A DNA stretch of 64,000 nucleotides. It comes from Octopus vulgaris. Lineage: Eukaryota. Positions 29,455 to 41,800 of this stretch are shown in pieces; the first letter of the stretch is position 1, and each line of letters starts with the position of its first letter. The notes beneath the pieces are model-generated. The model made no database searches and had not been told where the DNA came from. It saw only the letters and a list, made by a program, of their open reading frames with translations. The stretch is from assembly GCA_951406725.2 (NCBI GenBank), contig OX597817.1, positions 102,424,001-102,488,000 on the forward strand, in the 5' to 3' direction. Made by a program: the position numbers and the translations under genes.

Positions 29455-29712
29455 AAGAGAACATGGACTTGAACTTGGTTCTTTATTTCATACGCTACAT
29501 ATATTTCAGTATTTGGTAACACGTGATGTCACACTATAGATGCAATCCGTAGATGCATCATATAAAGGTAGCATGCACGTATTTGCCTGTGTAAGCTGCC
29601 CTTATGAAGTGCATCTAAGGATTGCATCTACAGTGTGACATCATGTTTTACCAAATAACGAAACTCATGAAAGAGATGAAATAAACGAGCAGGAAGTGCT
29701 AGACCATTTTCT
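29455..29712. repeat. Fold-back palindrome/MITE of about 250 bp
   Basis: tatttggtaacacgtgatgtcacactatagatgcaatcc pairs with ggattgcatctacagtgtgacatcatgttttaccaaata, with a short central loop. Confidence 0.8.
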
Positions 29713-30467
29713 TTTTTCTCTTATCATTATCCCTGCTCTTATATTACGTTATAGCCTACATCAAACCGCACACGACCCCGTGTAAATATGCAACGGTGAG
29801 AGTTTTACTCAAATAGCAACAAAAGCCGAAATCTGAATGGAATAATTATCGCGCGTTGAGAAGCAAAGTGTAGGTCAATTAACAAATTCCCAGATACAAA
29901 ATTTTAAACATATTCTTAAAAATACACATACATTAATACAATTTAATACAGATCTATATATATATATATATAAGTACCACATATAAAAATGTAGATTAAA
30001 GGAAGTAAAAATATTCGAGGTGTAAATAAGGTAAAACATATATGGATTATGCAAAACAGCAGTAGGAAAGCAAAGCAATTGTAGGAAACCCTCTCATCTG
30101 GCGCCCCTATTGGTGGCAGTGATCTTGGTTTTAAGTGGCATGGGTCTACTGGGACGTCTCGGAGGCCGACTGATGACAAGGATCATTTGCGAGTGTTCCT
30201 TGTGTTTTTGTCTCCCTTTCCTGTCCGTTGTTTTCGCCCTGTTTTCGTCTATTTTTCCCTTCTCTGCCTAAATCTTTATATATATATTATCGCATTACAA
30301 CGTTGTAATGTAGAATGATATGGTTGAGTATAATCATGTACTGTTAAATTCGGTTTTGTTTTAGTTTATAGTAATGTTACGTACGACTAATCCAAAAAAA
30401 TATGTTGATAATTGTAAACCCTTATCTATCTATATAGACATTTGCCAATAATATAAAGTATAAATAT

Positions 30468-30682
30468 TGGTTTCAAATTTTGGCGCAAATCCAGCAATTT
30501 GGGCGAGGGGTAAGTTGATTACATCGAACCCCGTACTCAAATAATATTTTTTTATCGACTCTCCAAAAGGGATGAAAGGCAAAGTCGACAACGGCAGAAT
30601 TTGAACCCAGAACATAAAGACGGAGTAAATGCTACAGAGCATTTCACCCGGCGTGCTAACAAACTGCTAGCTCGCCGCCTTA
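30468..30682 (-). mobile_element. SINE family B
   Basis: Reverse complement of the 19545-type SINE. Confidence 0.8.
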
Positions 30683-30819
30683 TTAATATCCATTTGTATA
30701 AGCATTATACTGTATACCTAACTTCTACCAGCTCCCCTATTGATGTACATATTCCAACCACTTACATGAAAGCGATTGAGAGCCACTGCGTTAATTGAAC
30801 ACATTTTTTTTTTCTTTGA

Positions 30820-31125
30820 AGACCCCATTCGGTCACGCATGAATATAAGATTGCACCTAGAAGTCCGGGCAACGTTGTTTGTGAAAAACCAGCAGTCGTC
30901 CTTGCATATCAGTTTCCCATCTCCACGCTACTGGTATTGTCTAAAGCGAAGGCCGATACAGCTTCACACCAGTGACGTCACAATTTATTTCTACAGCTAT
31001 ATGAACTGGAGCAGCGTGAAATAAAGTGTCATGCTCGAGGACACAACACACTGTCCGGTTCGGGAATCGAACTCACAGCCTCACGATTGTAAGTCCGACG
31101 CTTTAACCACTGAGTCATTCGCCTT
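30820..31125 (-). mobile_element. SINE family C
   Basis: Minus-strand head GGCGAATGACTCAGTGGTTAAAGCGTCGGAC...GAGTTCGATTCCC. Confidence 0.8.
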
Positions 31126-31226
31126 TACGTAGAACAATGTACACTGACACAAACTGACAGTCTCACATACTCACTGACAGACACACTCGTAAACACACAC
31201 GCTCACTGACATACACGTACACAAAC

Positions 31227-31273
<47 letters not shown>

Positions 31274-31806
31274 GACAGACACACACACATACTCGCTCAT
31301 TATCTTAAAACGAAAAATATACGGAAAATAAGTCATATTTGCTATATTACGATAGTTATGTCGAAAACCTCAAATCTAGTGAGAGTTCTCGAGGAGACAG
31401 GCATTTTTTAACGCTAGACGCTCGCACACATGGGCGTGCATATATTTGAACATTCTCACACACGCATATACTCATACCCGAGTACATGTACACACGCATG
31501 TACGCACATAAATTATCTTCAACAAACGGTCACAATAATCGACAAGTATAAGTACATGAGCATAAATAATCATGCATGTGAACACCTTTTATATGGCTTC
31601 GACTGCAAATACGAGGCAAATACTGTTTTTGACGGTTTATGAAGCACACAATCATAACATCTACCTCAAATCTTGTAGGAATACCGCACATCGTTATGCA
31701 ACCATAGTATGTACATATTAATAATTTGGAGGGACACTATATTTCGTTATGGAACCATAATATACTACAAAGTATGTTAAATACTTTATAAGTCAATACT
31801 GTATTC

Positions 31807-32461
31807 GGATCTTTACCTTTTGATTGACAGATTAAAAAAATATTTTTTTGTAACTAAACACGTTCAAACTTCAAACACTGGTAGAATGTGTCATATAAAA
31901 CATCTTTTACTCTTAGCATATTTGAGAAAAACTTATGTTTAGGAAGTTATTTCGTTTTAAAGTTGTCGTATTTCGGTAATTTCAACCAATCAATGACGTG
32001 TATTCAGCTGAATAAAATTACTGCCGTTGTTTGTCAACAACTATCGGCGGTGTATTTTTCGTTTGTTACTGTTATTTATGACATCGTTCGTGCGTTTGTA
32101 CTGGTTTTAAGGTTTTAGTGTTTATGGTTAGGGTTTTAGGGTTAGGGTTAGGATTAAGGGGTTAGGGTTTTAGAGTTAGAGTTGTCATAAATAACAGTGA
32201 CAAACGAAATATACACCGCCGAAAGTTCTTGTTGACAAACAACAGCTGTAATTTTATTCAGTTGAATACACGTCATTGATTGGTTGAAATTACCGAAATA
32301 CGAGAACTTTAACGTGAAATAACTTCGTAAATATAATTTTTTCTCAAAAATGCTAAGAGTAAAAGATGTTTTATATGACACATTCTACCAGTGTCGAAGT
32401 TTGAAAATGTTTAGTTACAAAAAAATATTTTTTAAATCTGTCGGTCAAAAAGTAAAGATCC
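31807..32461. mobile_element. Merlin-like long-TIR MITE with central TTAGGG-type repeats
   Basis: TIRs of about 270 bp, GGATCTTTAC...GTAAAGATCC; perfect 8-bp TSD CTGTATTC; centre ggttagggttttagggttagggttagg. Confidence 0.85.
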
Positions 32462-33604
32462 CTGTATTCTACTGCGTTAGAAGTGCTATTAAATCACTTG
32501 TTAAACTTATCTCTACAGCTGCCAGGAATGTGTTTAATATGTAAAATTGGTATATCCAATAATGCTGCACCGCTATATTTAGTGGCTGTTTAAGCAATGA
32601 GTTCCTCCAAGGTTAATGGGTTGGATGTGGTGCTGATGAAAGTACAAGAACTCCAGAAATATCAATTTTTGAATTGATAAACCACCTTCGCATTTTTATT
32701 AAAATTTCACCAACCACGAGTAACTCTGGATTTTCATTGTATAATTCGTGGCTCCATCGTAGATACGAAGGAGTCTCGAGGACGGTTAATAGCGAAAATA
32801 AAATGGGAAAAGTGTGTGTCAGTATATAGTGTGTGTGATTATTTAGTGGTTATTGAAGTGTGTTGGTCTCGAGCAGGATTCAAAATGTCTAATCGAAGTG
32901 GTTGTTGTTTACATCTCAGTTTTGTCAATCAAAATAACCCATGGTACCAGAACGTCCAGACATTATTCATATAGAACAGTGAGAGGTAAGTCTTAGTTTG
33001 ATTTTTTGCAACCCTAGATTCCGCTCGCGCATTCACAGTAGTAAACAAGGCACAGGGCCAGACTTTAGATCATGTAGGTGTATTTTTACCCTCTCCGATA
33101 TTTACACACGACCAGTTATACGTCTCTATGACCAGAGCAACGGACTCCAGTAACTTGAAAATTAGTGTCGACCAATCAGAAAATATCGTCTACAAAGAAG
33201 TTTTGTAATCAAATTGATATTATCGAAAGGAAAAATAAGGAAGCTTGTGAACTTTGAATGTATAAGAGTATGAACGAGCGTAAAATAGTGTATTTTTTTC
33301 TTAATACTTATTATGTAGTTGTTGAAGGGAGCTCTAGTTTTCTTTAGGAGTGGTCTACCTAACCATTCATGATACAGAGGCTGGGAGCCTATGTCAATTC
33401 GGGAGTGAATCGTCATCACATGTCACTTAGTTGGAAACACATGTCTCATAGCTGCAATAGAATGCTGTACCACCAACAATAAAGTGATTTCTCCTAAGAC
33501 ATTACCCAGTAATCTATCAAGTCCATTTACACATTTCTCAATACACACTGCTGTTATGACTTCCCGCCCTCATTTTATGCCTCCATTGTAGATGGGTAGA
33601 TTGC

Positions 33605-33638
<34 letters not shown>

Positions 33639-33677
33639 ACTAATAATAATGAATGATAATAACAATAAAATAATAGA

Positions 33678-34083
33678 GATAGAGAATAGGAAACCAGACA
33701 TAGTCTTAACTGAGAAAGCAAACGATGCTGGATCATAGATATAGCATGCCCCACTGACAACAAGGTATGCGATAAGGAAGAAAGAAAAGTCGATAGATAT
33801 AACATGTTAGCCTGGTAGGTTAAGTAGTTGTGGTCGCTGAAAAAGGTGGTAGTAGTACCAATAATTGTCGGAGCCCTGGGAATAGTGAGTAAAAATCGTG
33901 AGAAGTACATGAAACAAATAGGGGCTGCAATAAGGGTGGAGCACTTGCGGAAAACAGCACTGCTTGGAACCACTCAAATACTCCGGATGGTACTCGAAAA
34001 ATAAGGGATTTTACCTTAGTTCACTGGTAGTGAACAGCTGAACCGTAGTACATCTCCAGCGTTAGAAGCTGTGCAAAGACAAT

Positions 34084-34126
<43 letters not shown>
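33678..34126 (+). mobile_element. R4/Dong-like LINE 3' end (restriction-like endonuclease) in (TAA)n
   Basis: NRKPDIV...IIDIACP.D...KEERKVDRY...VVPIIVGALG...KTALLGTTQILR; (TAA)n on both sides. Confidence 0.9.
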
Positions 34127-34128
<2 letters not shown>

Positions 34129-34352
34129 GTTTCAAATTTTATCACAAGGCCAGCAATTTTGGCATAGTCGATTACATTGACCTCAAGGTTTGACTGGTAC
34201 TTAATTTATCAACTCCGAAAGGATGAAAGGCAAAGTCAACCTCGGCGGAATTTGAGCTCAGGACGTAAAGACGGACGAAATGCCGCTAAGCATTTCGCCC
34301 GGCGTGCTAACGATTCTGCTAGCTTACTGCTCTAATAATAATGATGATGATG

Positions 34353-34411
<59 letters not shown>

Positions 34412-34550
34412 TGCTTCAAATTTGGCACAAGGCCAGCAATTTCGGAGGAGGAATAAGTCGATTGCATCGACCACAGTACTCAACAGGTACTTATTTTATC
34501 GACCTCGAAAGGATGAAAGACAAAGTCAACCTCGGCGGAATTTGAACTGC
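34127..34550 (-). mobile_element. Two SINE family B copies in (TAA)n
   Basis: Reverse complements of the family B consensus, separated by (TAA)n. Confidence 0.8.
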
Positions 34551-35449
34551 GATATTATAATAAAGCACTAATGAAACACTTGAAACACTTGAATGAAACT
34601 CAGCTCTACAATATTATAGTTTCGCTAAAAAAAGTGTTTGGTACTTTATTCAAAAACTGTTGGCCTCGCACTGAGTTTTTACTAGAGCGTGTTTCTTAGT
34701 TTTGCACCATTTTGTTTTCTTTAATCATAAGAACCAGCCGCATAGCATAGGCTATTCATTATGTCATTTCCATGTTTTTCTTCTAGTTTGTAATTGGCAA
34801 TGTTAAATGCTAAAGTTGAAGTGACCCTGGGGACTATTCTTAAGAGACAAGTAATATTTATACACTTCTGAACATCATGCTACGCTGATAACACTGTGTA
34901 ACATGATTATTGTCCTTGGGTAGCAACTGTTATTTCTTATTCGCTTACACCTAGAAAGTATGAACGCTGACAAATATTGCTTTCAAACTTTGCTTTTGTT
35001 ACATTTATTCAAACCCCAAAGAATCCCTCTCAACACATGGATATGATGCTCCCCAACTACTTCTGCTCGTGATCAGAGATGCACATATTGTCAGCCACTA
35101 AGGGACATGCTTAAGTGGTAAAGTCAAGCAACTGACAAACAAATCTTTAGTATCGAGCAGAGTATTTGCTATAACGATATTTCTACTCAGCGCTGAATCT
35201 ATCTGAAATGTAATGGAAAATAGATCAGTTTCGAAACATTGATGTTTAGGACACAAAAGCAAAGTTTGAAGGGAATAGTAGCAATTTCCTTTGATTTCTA
35301 GAGTGCAACAAATAACACTTACTGACGAAAGACAAAAAAATAGTGTTACAGTGTACTGTGAAGCTGTTGTTGACGATCCTGTTTTGAGGATTTTGAACCG
35401 TTTGAAGCAGCGGTGGATCTAGTCTGTTTGGCTGCCAGCATTTCATATT

Positions 35450-35832
35450 CAGTGTAATGATACACCTTTATAGGCTAATGAATTACGGGAAAATCATTTT
35501 CGCTATAAATCAATAAATAAAGAGTTATTAGCAGTTAAAGTTTGAAAATTTTGTTAATTTTAGCCAATCGTAAGCCACAGACACGTTCATGCCTGTTTCC
35601 ACAGAAACAAGCCAAACATGAGAACTCTTTTGTCTGCGAGATAGCACGTGTTGACAAATATTGTCTACACTGTGTTCTGACACTCCCCGGACCCTAAGTA
35701 AGGTATGTGTAAAATTTGAATGAAATTGGTTGTGTAGTTCTCAAGTTTTAGGGAAACACACACAGAGACAGACAGACAGACACACACACACACACACACA
35801 CACACACATTCTCAGTTTTATATATAGAGAGA
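35450..35832 (-). mobile_element. Non-autonomous Helitron 5' portion
   Basis: The minus strand starts A|TCTCTCTATATATAAAACTGAG followed by (TG)/(TCTG)n, as in the other Helitrons. The 3' end was not located. Confidence 0.55.
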
Positions 35833-35875
35833 TAAGGATGAGGCACGTGTTATTTGTTCTCAAATTTATATGTTA

Positions 35876-35968
35876 ATGTTTTTGCGTATCCGCTGATGAG
35901 AACTTCGCCTTGCAAATTATTTTATTTGGTAATTAAAGTTCGAAACCTGTGGTCCGGCTGTAAAACAT
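35876..35968 (+). ncRNA. Canonical type I hammerhead ribozyme
   Basis: CCG-CUGAUGA-GAACUU[30 nt]AAGUUC-GAAA-CC-UGU-GG-UC^CGG. Stem I is extended by AUGUUUU/AAAACAT past an internal loop. Predicted cleavage after 35954. Confidence 0.88.
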
Positions 35969-36095
35969 GGCAAATGTTTTTATTTTTCATTCCCTTCGAA
36001 ATTTCTCTTAACTGTGGTTTGGACGTTTTGACTGTTCTTTCTAGTATGTTAAGAACCTGTTAAGGCTCACCTTTTTAGTGTTTAAATGCACACTA

Positions 36096-36156
<61 letters not shown>

Positions 36157-36184
36157 TGTATGTATGTATGTAAATACACGCACT

Positions 36185-36440
36185 GAATACCCGATCGCGT
36201 GGTTAAACCATTGGGAGTGAAGGACTCCTAGCCTTTGTTAGGGCATCCTTCTAGGAGAAGGTAACTCAGATAACTGGGATAACTCCGACATAAAACCTGC
36301 GGCTCAGTGGTTACCGATGATGTTGACGTGTTCTTCTTTTCGGATTATGGCTGGTGTTGCTTAGTGAATGGGATTGACTCAGTGCACAGCCTTTCCTCAT
36401 TTAAAAAGAAATCTTCTTGCACAGGCATTGCACGATAACA
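36185..36440 (+). mobile_element. RTE-like 5' UTR / SINE fragment
   Basis: gggcatccttctaggagaaggtaactc...aaacc resembles motifs in RTE 5' UTRs. Confidence 0.35.
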
Positions 36441-36514
36441 ACATTGATTAAGCTTCGCGCAATGGCCATACGCGATAACGAGGGTGCAGCCACCATATAC
36501 ACGCACGCACATAT

Positions 36515-37146
36515 CCATTGAATACAAAAGAAGCAATATTAGGTTAAAATAACTATCTACGTATCGTACTTAATATGAATACATCATTGAAAGGCAAAGT
36601 TACTGCGGTATTCGTCCAGAGATAACATATCTTATGGATGTACTACGTTTAAAAGCAGAATATATATCGGGTGAAAACGAAAAGCAAGAACACCTGATGT
36701 ATTTCGGCCTCGTTAGGCCTTGTTAATGGCGCGCATTCACAACCATCCGCATGCTTAGACGAAAGTTTTCACTACCGATATATAGGAACGCAATGAAAAA
36801 CATTCACCGGTATTACTGAATAAAGATTTATTAAATGCAATAGAAGCAGTACTAGGACAAAATAACCCTCTACGTATCATATTTAATGTAAATATTTCGT
36901 TAAAAGACAAATTTATTGTGGTATTCGTCCGGAAATAACAATACCATTGAATGTCTTTTATTGCTTCCCTAGATATCGGAGGAAACAAATCTTAGCTAAG
37001 CTTGTGGCTGGCTGTGAGTGCACGCTATCCGTACATTTTGTGCTTTTAACCCCAACACGTCTATTAGATATGTTATATCCGGATGAATACTACAATAAAT
37101 TTGCCTTTCAATGATGTATTTACATTAAGTACGTTACACAGACGGA
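36515..37146. repeat. Direct plus inverted repeat module ending in (TA)n (pLTR-like)
   Basis: About 36515-36632 is repeated directly at about 36828-36945 and inverted at about 37066-37146. About 36728-36765 is inverted at about 36988-37026. Confidence 0.7.
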
Positions 37147-37198
37147 TATATATATGCACTCTATCATTCCCATTCTCTTGCTATTTCTGAGAAAAAAT

Positions 37199-37238
<40 letters not shown>

Positions 37239-37699
37239 TTGTGTGTAGGTGGTCAAATGTCAGCCAAATATTCTTCAAATTTCACTGTATCGTCTCAAAG
37301 GAGTGACTATATACAATATAGCAATACATATTTATATATAACTTGGCGGAAGTGTCGCAGAATGACCACACCCATAATTCATTTATTTATTTTTTCAAAG
37401 CATTTTTTCAAATTCCTGCATTTTTAACAATGGGTATATATAGGAACACAGCTGTTTGAAAAAATTTGGGATGAAGGATGCAATAGTGAAAGTTTACAAT
37501 CTGTTAATGCAGTATTTCACGTAGGAAAGACGGCTTCCGCCCCTTTGAGGCTTGTGATGTGTGGAAAGGGATCAGACGCACTATCCATGTTTTTTAAAAA
37601 ATTAAGATGAGTTTAAACTTGTCCAACACTATGGCAAAGAATGATGGGTTATACTGGATGCAAATTCTGTTTCGCCTTCTCATTATTAAAGCGATAGAG

Positions 37700-37872
37700 T
37701 AAGGCGGTGAGCTGGCAGAATCGTTAGCACGCCGGGTGAAATGCTCAGCGGTATTTCTTCCGTTTTACGTTCTGAGTTAAAATTTCGCCGAAATCGACTT
37801 TGCCTTTCACCCTTTCGGTAATAGACATTCCCCTCCTCTGCAAGTTGCAGGCCTTGTGCCAAAGTTAGAAAG
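37700..37872 (+). mobile_element. SINE family B
   Basis: aaggcggtgagctggcagaatcgttagcacgccggg... Confidence 0.85.
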
Positions 37873-37959
37873 AAAGAGCCATTAAAGCGGCAGAGTGGTC
37901 GAAAAACTTACCACATCTTTCAGAGGTGCTGGTGAAGAACTGGTATTTACAAGATCATC

Positions 37960-38470
37960 ATCATAAAGATTCCAGTCGTTGGAGTGTCGCACTAGACGCC
38001 TTTGTTTGTCACCCGTCGTCACTGGTCTCTCTTTTCTGTTACGCATAGCAGGTCCGCTGTATAGTGGCCTATCTAGTTCTTGATATTGTCAAACCAGGAT
38101 GTTCTGTCTGTCTTTCGCCTTCCCTCAACTGTGTCCTGAAGAATGTTTTTGGACAGGGAGTTGTGGCGAGATGCATGGCCGTACCATGTAGGCTTTCGCC
38201 TATTTACCTATCAAAGGAGTGGTTCCCGTCGACCAGAATGTTTGTCAACTTGCTGCCTGACAAAGCTGTTTTGTGCTCTGTAGCAGCCTTCTGAAGCACT
38301 CGTCCTCAAATGCCTGGATTCTTCACTCCATATCGACTGTGAGAGTCCAGCTCTCACATTCATACAGACTTATCGAAGCCACCAGATGCTTGTACATTCT
38401 GAGATTTATTGGAAAACTAATGGAATTGCTTCTCCATATGGTGTTCAGCTTAGTCATAGCACAATAGGCA
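37960..38470 (-). mobile_element. RTE-clade LINE 3' fragment
   Basis: AMTKLNTIWRSNSISF...LYECESWTL...RIQAFEDECFRRLL. Confidence 0.85.
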
Positions 38471-39675
38471 CAAAGTCAAGATTGAATAAAATTTTGAATT
38501 TTTGCTTTAGTATCGTAATCTCCGTATTTTTAAAAACGGATCAAGAGATTTAGAAAAAGTTATATATATAGTGGGTGGGGAATTAAAATTTCGAAAAGCT
38601 GTATTTGCAAAACCCTAAACTGTGTTGTTGATCACGTACGAATCCGAAGAAACGAATAAAATTTATGGGTGCGGTGACTGACTCTATGACACTTCCGCCT
38701 ATATATATTATATATATAGGCGGACGTGTCATAGAGTCAGTGTGTGTATGTGTATGTATGCATACACACGCGCGCGCGCACACACATATAAGAAGTAAAG
38801 GGAGTTAATAAATCAAGCATCTATAAAGCTCTCAGTGTTAAACGAATTTAGTTAACGATATCCAACAATCGGATACCAATGAATGCAAGTAGAATAAACA
38901 TCCAAAATAATTCTTTATGTATGACAAGTAAATTCAAATAGCGTTTGAAAGAATTTAAAGAAATTTGGAGTGTAAGACAAGAACAAGAATGGACAAAATC
39001 ACATCTTTAATTGGTGATTGCACCATACATTACCGAAGATCGTCTCTATTGTGGCAGCATATTTGGATATAGAGAAAAGGTATAGAATACCAGTCAAATT
39101 AATATATCCGAAAATATGTGCTAACACACACATATGCACACACACACGCATATTATGCAGTAAATGCATATTATGCAGTAAATGTCCGCGCGTATGTATG
39201 TACTTCCCATGCAAGACCACATACATACATGAATTGATATACACTCAATTCGGAAGTCCAAAAAACCTGAAACAAATACGGAAGCACACACTTAAAGAGG
39301 CTTTTACAGACAGGCAAAGATGCGGGCGCGCGAATGTACCTATATATATTCCCACACACCCATACATTTACAAATACCCATTTTATCGTAAGTCATAAAC
39401 ACATATACACAAACGCCCCACCCCACATAAACACAGAGACAGGTCCTCACTGGTATTACTGAAGTAAGAGAAATATATACATAGACAAATATACAGACAT
39501 ACACAGTATGTATAGCTATCTATTTACTCATTTGAAAAGCTGCGTGATTATTTCCACATCCGTTAGTTTGGGCTGTCAACGAAAATACACAAAGCATTCA
39601 ACGACACACACAAACCGAGTTTAATACGTTATATGTATGTAATATACTCTAAATGTATACGTGATGTATAAACAC

Positions 39676-39835
<160 letters not shown>

Positions 39836-41108
39836 GCATGTATGCATATCAATGTATGTTTATATATATATATATAGATATAGATATAGATACATACATA
39901 CACAGACATGCATGCTTACATACACAAATCTACGCGTGTGAGTATTTGTTCAATGATCTATCTATATGTTTCTGGCGGCGGCGGTGGTGGTGGTGGTGAT
40001 GGCGGTGGTTTATGTTTGCGAAATGTGTCCTTGTTTGAGCATGACCACCAGCTGGTCACACCTGCTTTCTAATTCTATGTTGTTTTGTTCTACAGTAGCA
40101 ATGAATGGTGAAGTGACTGGCCACAGAATGAAGCGAGCGGTGGTGTGAAGGTAGTGATGAAATGTGGTAGTGGTGGTGGTTGGTGGCGGTAGTGGTGGTG
40201 GTGGTGGTGATAGTAATGGTGGTGGTCGTCGTTGTTGGTGGTGGTGGTGGTTGAAGGTCGCTACCGCCACCACCTTACAAGGACGACGGCGTGAATGAAA
40301 TGTTGCCTAACTGGAAATCTACCTCCGCCCACGGGGGCAAGCAATCACCACGCCCTTTTATTATTACACTGTAATTATAGACAGCGGGAGGAAACTCTCG
40401 CCCTGAACATCCTTTCTAGAAAACTACTTCATATGTGTGTGTGTGTGTGTGTGTGTATGTGTGTGTGTGTGTGCATGCGCGCGTGTGTGAGTATTGTGTG
40501 TGTGTGTGTGTGTGTGTTGTGTGTGTTGTCTAGTTTACGCAGAGAATGATATTAACCTTCTGCTTTCATGTTGTCATCATAGGAAGCAACACCTTTCAAC
40601 ACTCCTGGTACCTCTGTTTCTTCCTACTTGCTCACCATGCCGTCACCACCACTACCACCACCATATTCATCCCCCACCCCACCACCAACAACAACAACAA
40701 CACTACCAGAGCCAATTACTAATTTTATTACGAGACAAGTATTTATCTTTATGTCTGGTCTCTCGATCTGCTAGAAATAACGATCAAATTTCTTCAGATC
40801 CCACTGTATTGCTTTCAGAAAAGAAGGACGCATTGTTTGATAAAGTCCCTATCTATACAAAATACTGGATAGTCACGGATGGTACGGCTTTGTTCATAAA
40901 TCTGCTCAATCGAGGCTGAGCTGTGACTAAAAATCAAACAAAATATTTTGCATGAGGATCATCACATTAATCTTTCTACTTCATCCCCACCACCAACATC
41001 ATCACTATCACCACAGAACTTTGCAGGTGTTGTTTATCCATTTTAGTTTTCAAAAATGTACATGTATTTATCATATATGAATGATGTCTCATAATTTAGC
41101 ACAACATG

Positions 41109-41800
41109 CAGTAGCGTGCAAAAATCTTCGGCCACTTTAAACTATTGCAAATTTCTACTAATTGCCAACTTATAAGTGGATGTTTCGCATTGCATTTTTT
41201 ACAGATGAAACATTGTTCGAGTTCGAGTCATTTCCGTACCAAATCATATTTTGTAGTAGGGGTTCATAAACCAATCAAGATACTGTGTTTTAAAACAGAA
41301 AAATGTCTATAATGAAAATGTCTATAATAAAAATTCAAGAAGTTACTGGGCATTATTAATATTTCGTGTGACTTCCCTCAGCTTGAATAATTGCTTCAAT
41401 GTGCCTGAGAAGAGATGCATACAAATCCTTCACCATCTTCACAGATATGAGATGCCATTCTCTGTGGCTGAGCTCCTTCAACTCTTCAAGATTGCGTGGA
41501 TTCTTCTGACGAACTTTTCTCTTTAGTTCTGTCCACATTTGCTCAATGATATTTAAATCAGGGCTCTGAGCTGGCCAATCTTTCAATACGGTAACACCTT
41601 CATCAGCCAGACTCTGTCCCGTTGCATGCAATCTGTAGCATGGAGCTCCGTCATGCTGAAAAATCTCACCTTCATCCAAGTCTGGTATCAAATTGTCCTT
41701 CAGTAATTGGATGTATTTGACACTATTCAAGTTACTGTCAATTTTAATCAACTTTCTTGAACTATAATTTTTTATGCATTAGACTCTTAATCCCAAACTT
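41109..41800 (-). mobile_element. Tc1 (DD34E) transposase C-terminal fragment with TIR
   Basis: IFQHDGAPC...WPAQSPDLNIIEQMW...GSHTKY; TIR-like CAGTAGCGTGCAAAA at 41109. Confidence 0.92.
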
